From assembly GCA_000708835.1 (NCBI GenBank), contig DF236960.1:90982-154981 (forward strand): a stretch of 64,000 bases of DNA, given 5' to 3'. Below are positions 1 to 13,100 of this stretch, in pieces. Made by a program: the position numbers and the translations under genes. Position 1 is the first letter of the stretch. Each line of letters begins with the position of its first letter. Source of the stretch: Klebsormidium nitens (taxonomy: Eukaryota; Plantae; Klebsormidiophyceae). The notes below the pieces were generated by a model. The model saw only the letters and a list, made by a program, of their open reading frames with translations. It was not told the origin of the DNA and ran no database searches.

Positions 1-903
1 TGATCTGCGGCCGATTCGATCAGAGTCGGACTCGTCAGACGGTATCAGCCAATGTGACCAGTTTCAAAAGTCGACCTCTCCCGGTCGTATTGCAAGTCGC
101 AATATGGTCGGCGCACGAACGTGAGGAGCCCGGGTTAGACTTTTGCCGGGCTCCGAACGCCGGCCCCGGGTCCGATTGCTCGCTGCCGGTGCCGTCGTCA
201 TGCCGCGGCGACCGTACAAGGCCAGTGGTCTCGCGCGTCAGCAAGTCGTAATCCAATTTTAACACGTACGTCGGAATGTGACTTGAAGGCGCGCCTGCCG
301 CCGCGGACGGGTCGATCTCAATGATGGCCAGTTTTTCATTAGAACAAGAAACTATTTGAGCCCGACGATTTTCCGCAATGAGTATGGTCCTTGGTGCAAG
401 CCTTTGTCAAATTGAGTATACGGGCCGCGAACCAAGGTATGGTACGAGCCACACGGTATCTAAGGATTGAGGCTGTTCACAACGTCGGGCTATACTGTGG
501 CAAACCTGCTATAGTACGTATCTGGCCGAACTGTTGTATGATGTACACCTGATTCTACTTAAAGTTACAATTAACTACCCCACGACTCACGCCACGTAAG
601 TAACGAGACAACTGCCAAGGACGGATGTTTCTCTACAGACCACCAGCCAAAGGGCCGCGGCCCTTCCTATGTTTGTACACCCGAGAGTAAGGCAAGCAGC
701 GGGATCCCCCCCGGGAAGCCGTCACCCGGCCTAACACTAGCCTATAGCTACACGTGCGACTGAGCAGTTCCTCTACTACAGCTCAATGCCTACCAAGATT
801 CCCGGAGGAACGAACGATACACTGTCCAACCATTTCTAGTTGCGTCTCCAGTGAGAACAGCGTGAAAAGTACAAGTATAGCGCCGCGTGTCTGTTCCGTT
901 AGA

Positions 904-935
904 GCTACACAGAAGAAGCGCTACACAGAAGAAGC
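904..935. repeat. 16-bp perfect tandem repeat x2
   Basis: gctacacagaagaagc repeated twice. Confidence 0.8.
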
Positions 936-1004
936 GCGTCGGTTCGCTCCGGATTCTCATCCTGAATTGGATGAGCATGCTGCCCGCGCAAACAAAAAAG
1001 GTGA

Positions 1005-1122
1005 CGTCATTGAGGTCAACGGTTGGAGGGAGGACGACGTCACTCGAGGCCGATGATGGTGGAGAAGATGACGTCACACCGATGATGTAGGAAAAGGTGA
1101 CGTCACTCGAGGCCGATGACGG
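1005..1122 (-). repeat. Micro-duplications of the LRR stop-codon region in the 3' UTR
   Basis: gacgtcactcgaggccgatga occurs at about 1036-1056 and 1099-1119. Further gacgtca units occur at about 1012 and 1070. Confidence 0.65.
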
Positions 1123-4100
1123 TCAGGCGCGGAAGATGGTTGCTCTGGAGCTTCTCGACTACGATGGGGCTGATGTTGCAGTTGTAGAGCGCGAGTGACG
1201 TCAGCGACTGCAGGCCTGCGGGTGAAAAGGAGGAGACAAATCTTCAGTTCACAAGTAAGCTGTAGGGATAGTCAGCTAACCAGCCTGGGACGGATGGTTA
1301 GTTCGGGGGGTTTAGGGTGGGTATGGATGCGGAGCAGGAAATCATGTGGGTTGGGAATTAGTCGTCATGTCGAAGCTTATTATTGCTAGATCTTGCTTTT
1401 GCTAAACTGACGAAACATAGTGAGGGGAGTTGTCAGGGCAAGTCAGAAACCCGGTGGTTAGCACGACTTGCGCAGCGGTTCAATGGGCTTCCTCGCCGAC
1501 GCATGGCCACCGTTTCCATATCCGCAAACCAAGCAAACCTATATGCACAGCAGTAACCAAAAAACGGACTCATTTTTGAGGTGAGGTATGCCGTCGGTTG
1601 TGATCTCGCATTGCATCGGACTGAGCGATTGGAGGCCACTCAAGTAAGAGCTGAAAGCAAGTTGTAAGAAGCATTCTTCAAAAGAAGAGGGTTCGCAAAA
1701 CGTGTACGATCCTAGGAGGCTAACTCACGGTAAAGGGGGAAGATGCCCTCGTTGGTGAATTTACTACGCACCAGGTTCAGCGACGAGAGGCCGCTCGAGT
1801 TGCAAATTTCAAATATTGGTCAGAGGAAGCGTTTGCACGCGACAATGGAGAAGCGGACTCACTCTCAGAAGGGAATGCCCTCGTTTGCAATCTTGGAGTG
1901 CACCGGATTGCGCGACTGGGGGCCATTCAGATAGAGCATGGAAGCCAACCGCAAAAAGCATACTTGAGAAGAAAGGTGTCCGCAAAACGTTAGCGGGAGA
2001 GGCGAACTCACTCTTAAGGTGGGGAATGCCATCGTTGGTGATTTTGGAATGCATGAGGTTGAGCGACTGGAGGCCGCTAAGGTGGGAGATGGACTTCAGC
2101 GAGTCGTCCGTCAGCCGGCTGTTCTGGCTCAGGTTCAGCGACTTCATCTTGGTCAGCTCTGCACAAGCATCGGAAAATCGGTACATTTTTAAGATGGATA
2201 CATGCAGGTGATAGGTTTGAAGTGCGATTTGCTGGGGTGAGGCAATGACACTAGCGTGGCATACGCAAGTGCTCAACCAAGGTGAGTCGCTTCGACCAGC
2301 TCTGACGAAATTCGTGAAAACGAAGCCGTTTTGAACGTTCTGGCCCTTGATATTTGCCCGCAGTGAACCACGGTTGCGAAGGCGACTTCTCAGGAACCAG
2401 GGCCTTTTTCACAAGCCCATACTTTGAGCAAAGTAACGTAAGCGTAGAGGGCAGCCTCTTCATGCGTTGCCGGTGCCATCTTTCCTGCAAGTCAAGAAGC
2501 GTCGAGACAAATCGAGAAGCTTAAGAGAGAATCGGAGACATTAGGCAACACTCTTGTCACGTTAACGACTGACGCGGTTGCTCAGCTGGGAATAATTCTT
2601 CCGCACTATACCAAGGCGGTCAGGATAGGAGTCCAACCCTGAGCGATTAAGTCTCACTGAGTATTCCATCCTCGCCAGAGTATAGACACTCTATGTCTGT
2701 GTATCCAAGCCCAACAGAGTCGAGCTTCATACAAGTGCCAAGGGTAGAGGAACGAAATACGAGTTTCAATTACACGGATCGCTAAAGCAGCACTGAAGCA
2801 TCGTAGTAAACACAGCTCGCCGCAGATGCAAGGCCAAACGGCGTCAGACCGAGAGCACCCTTTGACGAGTCCGCCGTACTCAAGCGGACTGCACATCCTC
2901 GCCGTCAATGAAAAGTTTGATCACGCGGGCACACAGAATCACTGGAAACAAGGGGACGGATACGCGTGGCAGACCCACATAGGTTGACGAGGGTTGTTTC
3001 CCGGCACTCGTAAAATGTGGTTCAAAATTGGTAAGGCGTGTTGAAACTACAAGAGCTCAAGGGAAGCGAAGGGTGACTTGACTTTGCCAGCGTCCGTTGC
3101 AGAAGAGGCCATGTCGTTCTCAAGGCACAAAGCACCAAACTTCAGAGGCAATGATTGCCAGAGAAGCGAGCTCGACGTTTACCAGATTGGCTCGAGCACC
3201 GTTAAAGTGGTCATTTCGATCAGCAGGGAATCAACGACAATCGTCTAAGAAAAGCGGAAGGCACCCTCACGCTCTACACGACTCAGTAGAGTCCGAGGCC
3301 TTTTGTGCGCAGGAACACGCGTCCACGACTGAATCGCAACTCCCAACATACATAGCCTGAAAGAAAATTGACGAGAAAGCCAGCTTGTGGCATCTGTGAC
3401 TTACAAACGATGAGCATTACTGCCCAAGCGAGTTCATCTTTGCCAAAAGCATCGCTCGTTGCAGCAAGGACGCCTCACTTCGCACGACTGCTTCACAGGA
3501 TCCTTCGTATGGCTTTTTGATCATCTGCTTTTGTTACACGCGCCTGCCGGAAGGTCCTCCAATGCAACCAATCGAACTGACCATGCACAAGCCGGGACTA
3601 AAGTGCCAACATATAGACACATCTCAGTATTTACACAGGATCTTCCACATTACGCCTCCTCTATTCGGATCTGCCGGCTTCACAGAAGACTTTCCAGTCA
3701 GCGGTATGGTCCGAAGAGGACAGAACATTCTAAGGTCCAACATTTGACAGTGGGAAAATGTTCACTCACAGTTTCAAATCTTGCAATTACGGTGCCGATG
3801 AACCCGCTGAGTCACATCTCTCTACGAGTTTCCGCGACAATTTTGGTTCAGTGCCTTCGACAAGGCCGGGCAAGCTGCGAGGTCGGCAGAGACGTGTGCA
3901 CCGAAACGGCAATCAGATGACATCAGTGGATTCTATTGCCCCGAGAACAAAGCTTGTATGGGGCATGCAACCCCGAAGACTGGGCCTTATCCTGGCCGCC
4001 TCAATCCGAGCCACAAAACAAGACAATCAGCACTTATGGATGAAACCAGTCTCCTTGGCGAAGAAAGTAGCAAGTAGCCAACTTGGCGGTCAATCAGCCT

Positions 4101-7100
4101 CGGCGCACGAGATCGACACAAGCTGCCCCAACCAGCACACCCGTTCCTTCAGAAGAAGGGCAGTCATCACCTCTGATCCGGTGCTTGCTTGACACAGCTC
4201 TCGGTGCGTGCTCAGATGGCAAACGCCTTCGTGTCAAGTGCGAAGAAGACAATCTCGTTGAGAAAGGTGACTATAATAGCATCCGACTCGGGGCCGACGT
4301 ACAGAGAGCAGCGAGGTTCACTTAACATGCTCGCTAGGCTTTGATCAGAAGTTTTGCACGGGGCTCATAACCTGAGAGCACAACTTTTTGGGTCAAGAGT
4401 AAACCGCTGTCGGGACCAGACGGCAGCTGACGGTTTGGAGGGCCGTTCGCGGCTCCTCCTAGCGACTGGCGTTTGCCGATTACCAAGTTTCGATCAACTT
4501 GGGCTTGCTACTAACCAAAAGCTGCACATAATGCTGAAAGAGGTGTGCTTGGGAGATACTAAGGGAGAGAAACAAGTCGCAAATTGTCTCCGGGCAATTC
4601 AGAAAAGAAGAATCAGAGCGTTGACAACCGAAGATGAAGACACCGGCACGCACTTGGCATGCTATAAGTGGAGTGCCTGCAGAGACACCAGCTGCAACCC
4701 AAGCAGATAGATCACAACGTCATGGCCTCTCTCCTCCAAGATCAGTGCTGAGAGCAAACCGCTCAGCATTCGCTTGTATCTTAGCCACCTGCGCTGTCTT
4801 TTTCCTCTCAAAAGGAGGAGAAATGAGAAAGGGACCCGACTCAACAGGTAGCGGAAACCTGAACTGGCGGGGAGGTTCAATCAGTCAATCTGGTGCTGCG
4901 ATACTTCTGTGTTTGCAAAAACCCTTTCGCGCTTCATGTTTACAATTCGAGCTTCTGAAAAGTCGAGCAAAGCCCAGTCCTTGCTTGGTACTTCAGTTTG
5001 ATGGCGCCTGCAACCAAACTAAATCGGCCTCGTTGAGCCGAAAACAATCAGGGCTTATTACAAACATTGCCATGCTTTCTTCGGAATGTGGAGAACGTTG
5101 AAAAAGGACGCCGGATGTCAGGGAACTCATGGAATCCGACTTTCCTGGTCTTGCATCACCCCGTTCGGAACAGCTCCGTCTTAGTAACAGTGATTGCACG
5201 TGAAATAGCTAAAGGGCCCGTTCCTCCCAGTTCAGTGAGCAGATTTTTAGACCATCTCTTCAATACAGCAGCATACGAAAACAGCTTCAAGTCAAACTGC
5301 AAATGAGCTGCTCGCTCGAGGCACAAACGATCATTGCCGAGGTGAAATATGGGGTGAAAGGGTATTGACAAGAATCTGAACCACTTCATTCGGCTGATCG
5401 AAAATCTGAAATGAAGGAGCGGGACTTTGCGGGACCAAAGGTTGCAGACTGCTTTACAAGCTAGAGCGATCGTCTTGAAAAAAGAATGAGGAGTGAGGCT
5501 TGGTAGCGGTGGCTCTCAGAGCAACCTATGAGGACAAGTGAGCGGTTACCGCCCGGCAATTCCCATCCTCGCCGAAGAAAAAGACAGCCCTCAAACTTCC
5601 TTGCATTCTGACAAGTCACCTCAACACGCCACAGCCAACACAAAGAGTCAACACACAGTCCGCCTGAAAAGGATAGACAAAGGGCCGCTATGCGCCGCCT
5701 TTGCGTCTGACTAGGGCGAGACGCGGGACAAACTCAAGAGAACGGTTTTTAAATGACTTCAGCACGAGACCACCGTATTGACGACGCTACCTAAAGGCCG
5801 TCCACATCGCACGTTCAGAAACCGAGGCTCAATTTCCGACTATGATGAGAGCTGAGACTCTTGGCATGCACATGAGGTTCGGTGCAGAGGTGACTCGTAG
5901 CCTCTTTGTAGTTCGAACTTTCAGCAAGCTACTGTCCGGGTCCCAAAAATTGTGTTGAACAAAAGCTTTCTCGTGGGCAGTCGAAGGAAAGCATTGGTGC
6001 TGCGAGCGCCAAACGAAAGCGCTCCGGTAGATATCGTACTACACAGAAGAACACGTGGCCGAGCTACGCCTAATAAGGCCCACATGGATCGACATGCCCT
6101 TCAGAAAGGTGAGAACTATGGAGGGCTGGTGCCCCGAGGAAAGCTGTAAACTTACTCAACTCGAAATTACTGATTCCCAGTTCTTCGTCACGGGCCTCTT
6201 GAGACTTGTCAGGTATGAAAAGAGACGAACGGGCCAGCCGCGAATGGGCCAGTCGCAACGGAGAAAGTTGACCCTTTGCGCTAGATGGGCAGCTGTGCAG
6301 CATTGTCAAACGTACTCTCACAAAGAATCGCTTGGCTGTCAGGCGCAATGCACACAACACGGGGACACTTCAGTGAATGGGCACGACTCACGTTTTACCA
6401 ACCTGTCCTTGCCACAAACAAACTTTGGATATTTTTTCACCGATCACGGGCAACTCCTCAGCAACACAGACTCTCGGACCAATGCCGTTATGGAGCCTAC
6501 GACCTAAGTGAGACAGTGGGGTATTTGACCGTCTTTCATGTGGCAAGACAAAGCGTTGATGCAAGTCCTCGAAACATCTGGATCTTTGAATCGCATCAGG
6601 CCAAGGATATCGCATCTGAGTTGGAAACTTTCTTAGGGGCTCACACGTCATCCCCAGACTATCTTCAAGCCGCAAAGGACTGTGAAATCGGACCACAACC
6701 CAGGTAAGCACTACTGTCGACGGGGAAAAAGTCAGACCTCCTTCTACCTCTCAGCTTCATATCTGCGTTGAGATCGGAGATCGTAAATGTCCTTGACACA
6801 CTGCATTCCAGCTTCTCAATGGAAGCATAGCGATAACAGCCTTTCGCAAACGAGGATAGGTGCGCAAAGAACACCGGTTGCAGCGACTTCAGCGTTCCGT
6901 TTGGATCTGCCCAAGAGCGAGAGAAAAGAAGGATGCGAGACGGAGGACTCCAAACTGCTTCGAGCAGTGTAATAGCGTCGCAAATGCAGTACACATATTT
7001 ACGGGGGGGGGGACGCAATGGCTGTCAGGCCCAATACTTGCTCGAGGACTGAGCTTCCAAGGCCCAGCCCACAACCCATCCTTGCCACTGGTTTCGGAAA

Positions 7101-10100
7101 GCCCTTGGATATTTTCTGTCAGCGAGCAAGAGTCGGCGCTTTTGCAAATAGATCAGGCCGCCCTTACAATTTTCTGCAAGCCTACGGACTTTCTTTTGCG
7201 AAGCCAAATGAATAGCAAGACATCGCATGAAGGCCCGAACCGGAAACGCAAAGTGCGAATTCCTCTGTTGCTAGTCAAGAAGACAAACGCGCTTGACGAC
7301 GGCATTAAGCCTCACCTTCCGATGGGCCAGATCAGCACGGCACGTCGGATTATAAGACCTTGCGGGTCTTACAGCCGCGGCCGTCTTCACCACATTATGA
7401 ATTACCAAGGACAGACTACAAAGCCCAACCTGAAAAGACTACAAAGCCCAACCTGAAAAAAGCCTTGACTATGATCCTATCTGAGTCATGACGTTCATGC
7501 TTGTACGAAACGGGAGGGGTGACTGAAACGAAACGCGCAGTAGTCCGCATAATAACACAGCAAAGTGTCAGGATACACACAATTAGTAAAATCTGCTCAG
7601 CTGTGGCTTTGATAATCAGTTTCGTGCCTGCTACCGCGACTAAGATGAGTAGAATCATCCTTTCTGCGAAAGCTAAGCAATGGTCCGGGGGTCAGCGACG
7701 AAGATAAGCAAACAGGGGAGTCCGTGGCTGTCAGGGCTTTCGAACAACAGACAAATGAGCTTTATGCTGCTCGTTGTCAAAACCCATCCTTGCCACCACG
7801 ATGACGTATCGTTTGCCCCGCAGTCAAAGCTAAAGAGCTCGATAAGGTTTGAGTCTAACATACAAAAGTACAGAATGGAGAAAGTAAAATGTTCCAGTGC
7901 CCAATGAGGAATCCCAATATTTTGCAAAGAACTAGAGAATCAAGCCCCAAGTCTAGTCCCGTGGCTTTCGGCCTCAACTACGGCAAGCCCTTGGAGCTGT
8001 TTTCGCTTCAGCCAGCCTCATCCTTGCCACTAACGTTCCGGGTCACGGTAAGCATCAGCATATGTAGGCAATACTTGAGCTGCCAGCAATTGCTATCTCT
8101 TTGACGACTCGTTTGAAAGTAGCTTCAGAAAGCCCGTATCCCGGTTTGCGTAAAGGGCGATAGGCCTGTTCTTCAACGGTAAAGTGCAAAGCGTTGTGCA
8201 GAGAGCATCGGACAAACATTCAAAAAGTGCCAAACAATTCTCTCCATCTTGTCGTTTCACGCCTTCCAAAATGAACTCAAGAGATGTTTGATGCTCCACT
8301 GCAATCGTAAAGCCTCAAGTCGGGGAGCTCGATGATCCCGACGTGTCAAGAGGTTTATCATGCAGATGCTATAATTAAGTCAGCAAGAATTCAGCAGATT
8401 GCGTGCTCCACCTCTTGAAGGAAATTGGAAGTGAACCTAGAACAAACAAAGTTTAAGACCTTTTGGACACATACGTATCAGCAAACAGCACAAAACGCAC
8501 TTATGCAAACGTGTCCAGAGTATCCCCTTTGCAAAAGCCACATCGCAAGGCTACGGAAAGTTCCCACCCCAAGACGCACCTATTTGCAACAATACGGCAA
8601 AAGAGAGATGATCAGAAGAGAAACCATCCACTTAAGCGTGCGAACTCGTCACGAGACTCCAAGCCACCAGCCATCCCCTTCGCACAAGCGGAACAATGGA
8701 TGCATTTTACCAAGGACTTCACTAAAGACTTCGTGAAAGCTCTGAAAACAGCACACCATGAAACCATAAACCAGCCTTCATCGTTCAGAGCACGCATTCC
8801 GAAATCCGTCATGTTCCCCCCAACCAGAAACGGATGATTGGATTTGGAAAAGGGTTGAAGGTCAGTAGCAAGCTCGTAACAACCCCCAAAAAGGCACCCA
8901 AGTCAAACGAACAGCAACCCCCCTCACCTTCCAGGTGTCGCACCCCAAGATCCGCAATCCTCCCCCTAACACAGCTCCAGGTGTCCCCAGGTCATAAAAT
9001 CTTGAAAACAGCACAAGAGACAAGAAAGCCCGAAACAACCCAAAACGCAGAACGTACACATCAGCGGTTTTTACCTTTCAGGTGCCGCACCCCTAGGTCC
9101 GTGATCCCCCCTCCGCACAGCTCCAGGCTCTCCAGCTGCTTGAAGCTCTTCAGCATCGCCGCGCCCTGGTCGCTGATTTTGGCGCCAAAAAGGTCCAGCG
9201 CGCGCAGCCCCGTCAGAGTGGTCAAGTGCGAGAGCCCGACGTCACTAATGTGACGCGAGTCGAGGTTGAGGGACGTGAGTGACGTCATGGGGGCGAGGGC
9301 CTTGAGGCCCGAGTCGGTTACGCCGGTGTAGGAGAGGAGAATGGTCTCCAGCTTCTTGAGGGCTGAATGAAAGTGATAGAAGTAGGTTAGCGAGGGGTTG
9401 CGGGATGGTTAAGGGTGCTATTGCGGATTAGATTTTTAAGGTAAGGCCCTTGAGATTAGTGTCGGTGAGGCCCGTGTAGGACAGCAGGATGGTCTCCAGC
9501 TTCTTGACGGCTGAATAAGGGGAAGGAAAGTGGGTTAGCGGGGGTCACCGAATGCGTTGGCAGGGGTTTCTGAAAGGATCAGAGTGATAACGAAGGAACG
9601 TCTTGGCGGGTAGGCTTTGAAGAATCTGGGTCGATAACGCCGGTGTTGACAGCAGAATGGTCTCAGCTTCTTGAGGGCTATAAGACGGGTGAGAAAAGTG
9701 GGTTAGCAAAGGTTGCGGGACGATTAAGGGTGATGATGCAGAGAATTCTTGGGGCAAGGCCCTTGATACTAGGGTCGGTGAGGCTGGTTTAGACGAGAGA
9801 ATGGCCTCCAGCTTCTTGAGGGCTGGAAAGGGCGAGAAAGTTGCGTTAACGAAAATTGCGGGATGGTTAAGGGTGATGATGCAGTAGATTTTTGGGGTAA
9901 GGCCCTTGACAATATTGTCGTTGACGCCCGTATAGGACAGCAGGATAGTCTCGAGGTTCTTGAGTGCTGGAAAGGGAGAGCAAGTGGGGTCATGCCAAGG
10001 TTCAAGGCATCAGGTTACACCGGGGGTGGAGGAGTCGGGCTCAAAGAACTATCAAGCAGACGTAGTTCGAAAGCGCACCAAAGCGCGAATCCGATGAATA

Positions 10101-13100
10101 CGATAACGCTGCGCTGCATTGCCGACCGAGTTCTTTCAGCGATCCAAGTCACACGAAAACGAGTCGATTTGTGACGTCAGCATACCCGTAAGGTGACGCC
10201 GCGTGCCTGATGGGGCTGCATGCTGGGGAGTCAATAGCAGCCCCTCTGAAGTGCACCCAAGAGGGACGGGAAATGAACGACCAGAGCACATATCATAATT
10301 GAAGTCTTCGAAGCATGACGTCAGCGTACCTGTGAGGTGTCGTAGCCCAGCGTTCCCGACGGGGCTGTCTGAGAGGTCGATCTCGCGCAGCTCGGCGAGC
10401 GCCGCCAGGTGGCGGCAGCCCTCGTTGGACACGTGGCACGAGTCCAGGTTCAGCGTCCGCAGCTTGGGCAGACCTGCAAGGGTCAACATATGGTTTGGTT
10501 CCGAGAAGCGTGGTTTTGAGTAGTTTAGTGAACAGTAAAGGGACAAATCTGGATTCGACTGCAGGCTGCCAGGCAATAATGGACATCAACCTCACCACAG
10601 AGGATAGGTTAAGAAAAGGTGGCCGTCAATGGTCAGAAGGGACGAAGAACCTTTTGGTATGATTTAGAGCTCAACGTTTTCCCACAGGGCTCGAAACGGG
10701 GCGCTTTTGCAAACAATACTGGAATGCTAGCATGTTTCCGTTCTTCTCTTCAGTAAATTATCAATCCACCTTTCACCACTCTGAACCAGACCAAACAGCC
10801 AGGGCAAGGGAGATCAATCTCCTATAGTGCCTCGCGACCCACCACGGGCCAACACAATGCGACCAAATCTTCGTCACACCCAATTCCAAGGAACAATTGA
10901 AAAATCAACAGACCGCCAAGTGTAGAGCAATGCTTTCCGATTGGAATATCAATGTCAAATTGACGTAGTGCCCCAAGTTTTGATGGTCTTGAATAGAGGC
11001 GTCAGATCCTAGGTGCCCATGCCTGGGCTTCGTGACCCAAAACTTGCCAATCATCGCCTTGTCAACGCGCAAGAACGTTTTCCACGAACCGAGCCACTCC
11101 AAAAAAGCTCCCTTCAACCGGTACGCCGAAGTGGGAAACATTTGAGCAAAGGACCCACTCGTCAACCAAGATTGTCGTCTTCAATGAATCTGGAACAGGC
11201 GGACAAGGTTTGGGCCAATTAGCTGCCCATCTAACCGCGCCTTTTCGAGGGCGGAAGCTTACTGCGGTACCCGCAGTGTTAATAGAGAGCAACAAGCGTT
11301 TGAATTACAAATCCTTTTCAGAAAAAAGTAAAGCAAGGTGACGCTGCACGCAGCTTTTCGCTAGAATGCGGTTGCCACATCCGGTTCAAAATATTAAAAC
11401 TGATTCAATTTATTTAGATATTCGGGTACCTGCCATAGCATCAGGACATGTACAAAAAGCCTTGGGTCGCTCGACCCAGCTCAACCGATCTGCCTCTCAA
11501 TCTAATCTCTTCTGAATCTTGTCGACGACTATTTATATGCGTTATTCGCAAACATTTGTTAAGGTCGCACCCATGCAAGGGTATCCTGTCTACAGACCAC
11601 GCCCTGAACTGGCTACATGAAAGCAATGTCAAAAGTTCGAGCACAGAGGGGAACTCCTCGGCGTCGAGGTTTAGTGAAGGTGCTTCGGTGTTACCTGACG
11701 AACAGCATCGATCGCCAACCAATACAAACCACCAACAGAGTCGGGTTCCCAATCAGGTAACAAATCCCATGCAAAATACTGCTATCTCGCCCAAGCTTGT
11801 CACCCCTCTGCCATGACTCGTTTAAGAATAGAATTGGGACGCAAAATTCTTGTATAAACTGGCTCCAAAGCACAAACTTCGATTCTCTCCTAAGATGTAC
11901 ATGTTAACATTAACGCAGCGAACCGAAGTGTCCCGAGGGTTGCTTCGAATGAACAGTTTCAGAGAAAGAGAGAGCGTCTACACTCTCAAGCACAAGTTAT
12001 GATGGCCTGATGCGAAGTTGACAATCCCGGAAAGGGCGGCCTTCGGACTAGGCCTGACCTAGGGACGCTGATGTTCGGCCAAGTCGACTGGCATCAGAAA
12101 GCAGCCGCCATTGAGCAGGCGGTGCCCAAAGCTTTTTAGCACCACTGCCGTAAGAGATTGACCCGAACGCTCAGGAGGATTTTGTCGGAGCGTATCAAGA
12201 GGCCATGAGTGGGTTGTTGACGAGCGTACATAAGTGACCAACCAATCTGGATAAAGGTTCTAAACTCCCGAATTTTTCTAGTCCAGGAGGCTCGTAGGAT
12301 AGTTGATGCAACTTTAACCAGATACATCTGGCAGGAAAGATGCGGACCTGGCTATCAAGCAATTGGCAAAAAGATGTGAACGAGCGACAGTCTCAGGCGT
12401 GAGCAAGGCACCAACGCCGCGGCTGAAGCTCTATGTTTGTATCAGCGGAACGGCCAGGACGCTTGATATCAAGCAACGAAGCGAGGAAACCGAAGGTCTC
12501 CGAGCGGCAGAGCCATCCCAGTGCTCTTTCGTTCACGATGCCAGTTTTGACTACCGTGCAAAACGTCGTGCACCCTCTAGAGATCAAGAGATCCGACTGA
12601 CAGTTCTATCCAATGGAGTGGCATCATCCTGGACACAGGGACAGTTGGCTTATCCAGCCAGACTTGTTTCATTGCCTTCTCACTTAAGCAAACGACGTGA
12701 CGACGTCTCACGATCGTGGCTTTACGCATGACCAACCAAAGCTTACTTCGGGATCAATACCATAATACCAGTTCCATACAGTCCTGCTTTGAGCGCAATC
12801 TGAAGAAGCATCGTTCCTATTTGCTACTCTCTATTTTTTGATGCCAAAAAGCAGCATACGAGACTGTGGTGGACGCGTCGTCAAACATTTCTTGCCAAGA
12901 TGGCAAAAGACAAGATGACAGAAAGTTGAACTACATTCCACGTGTAAGACAGGCGAAGATCGTGGGTTCAAGAGCCGATATCGACTGTATTGACTTGCAC
13001 AAGAAAACCAGCCTTTGCTCAAGCGAATGACAACGAACTCGATCAAAACCCAAAAGCGAGCAGTAGCGTAAGTGCGAAAGCTGTGGCTCAAAGAAACGGA

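Noticed and set aside
6285-7456. Nested plus-strand gene in the large LRR intron (ORFs 6285-6707, 6860-7456; gtaagc at about 6704)
   Set aside because: No recognisable domain and no consistent exon chain could be built.
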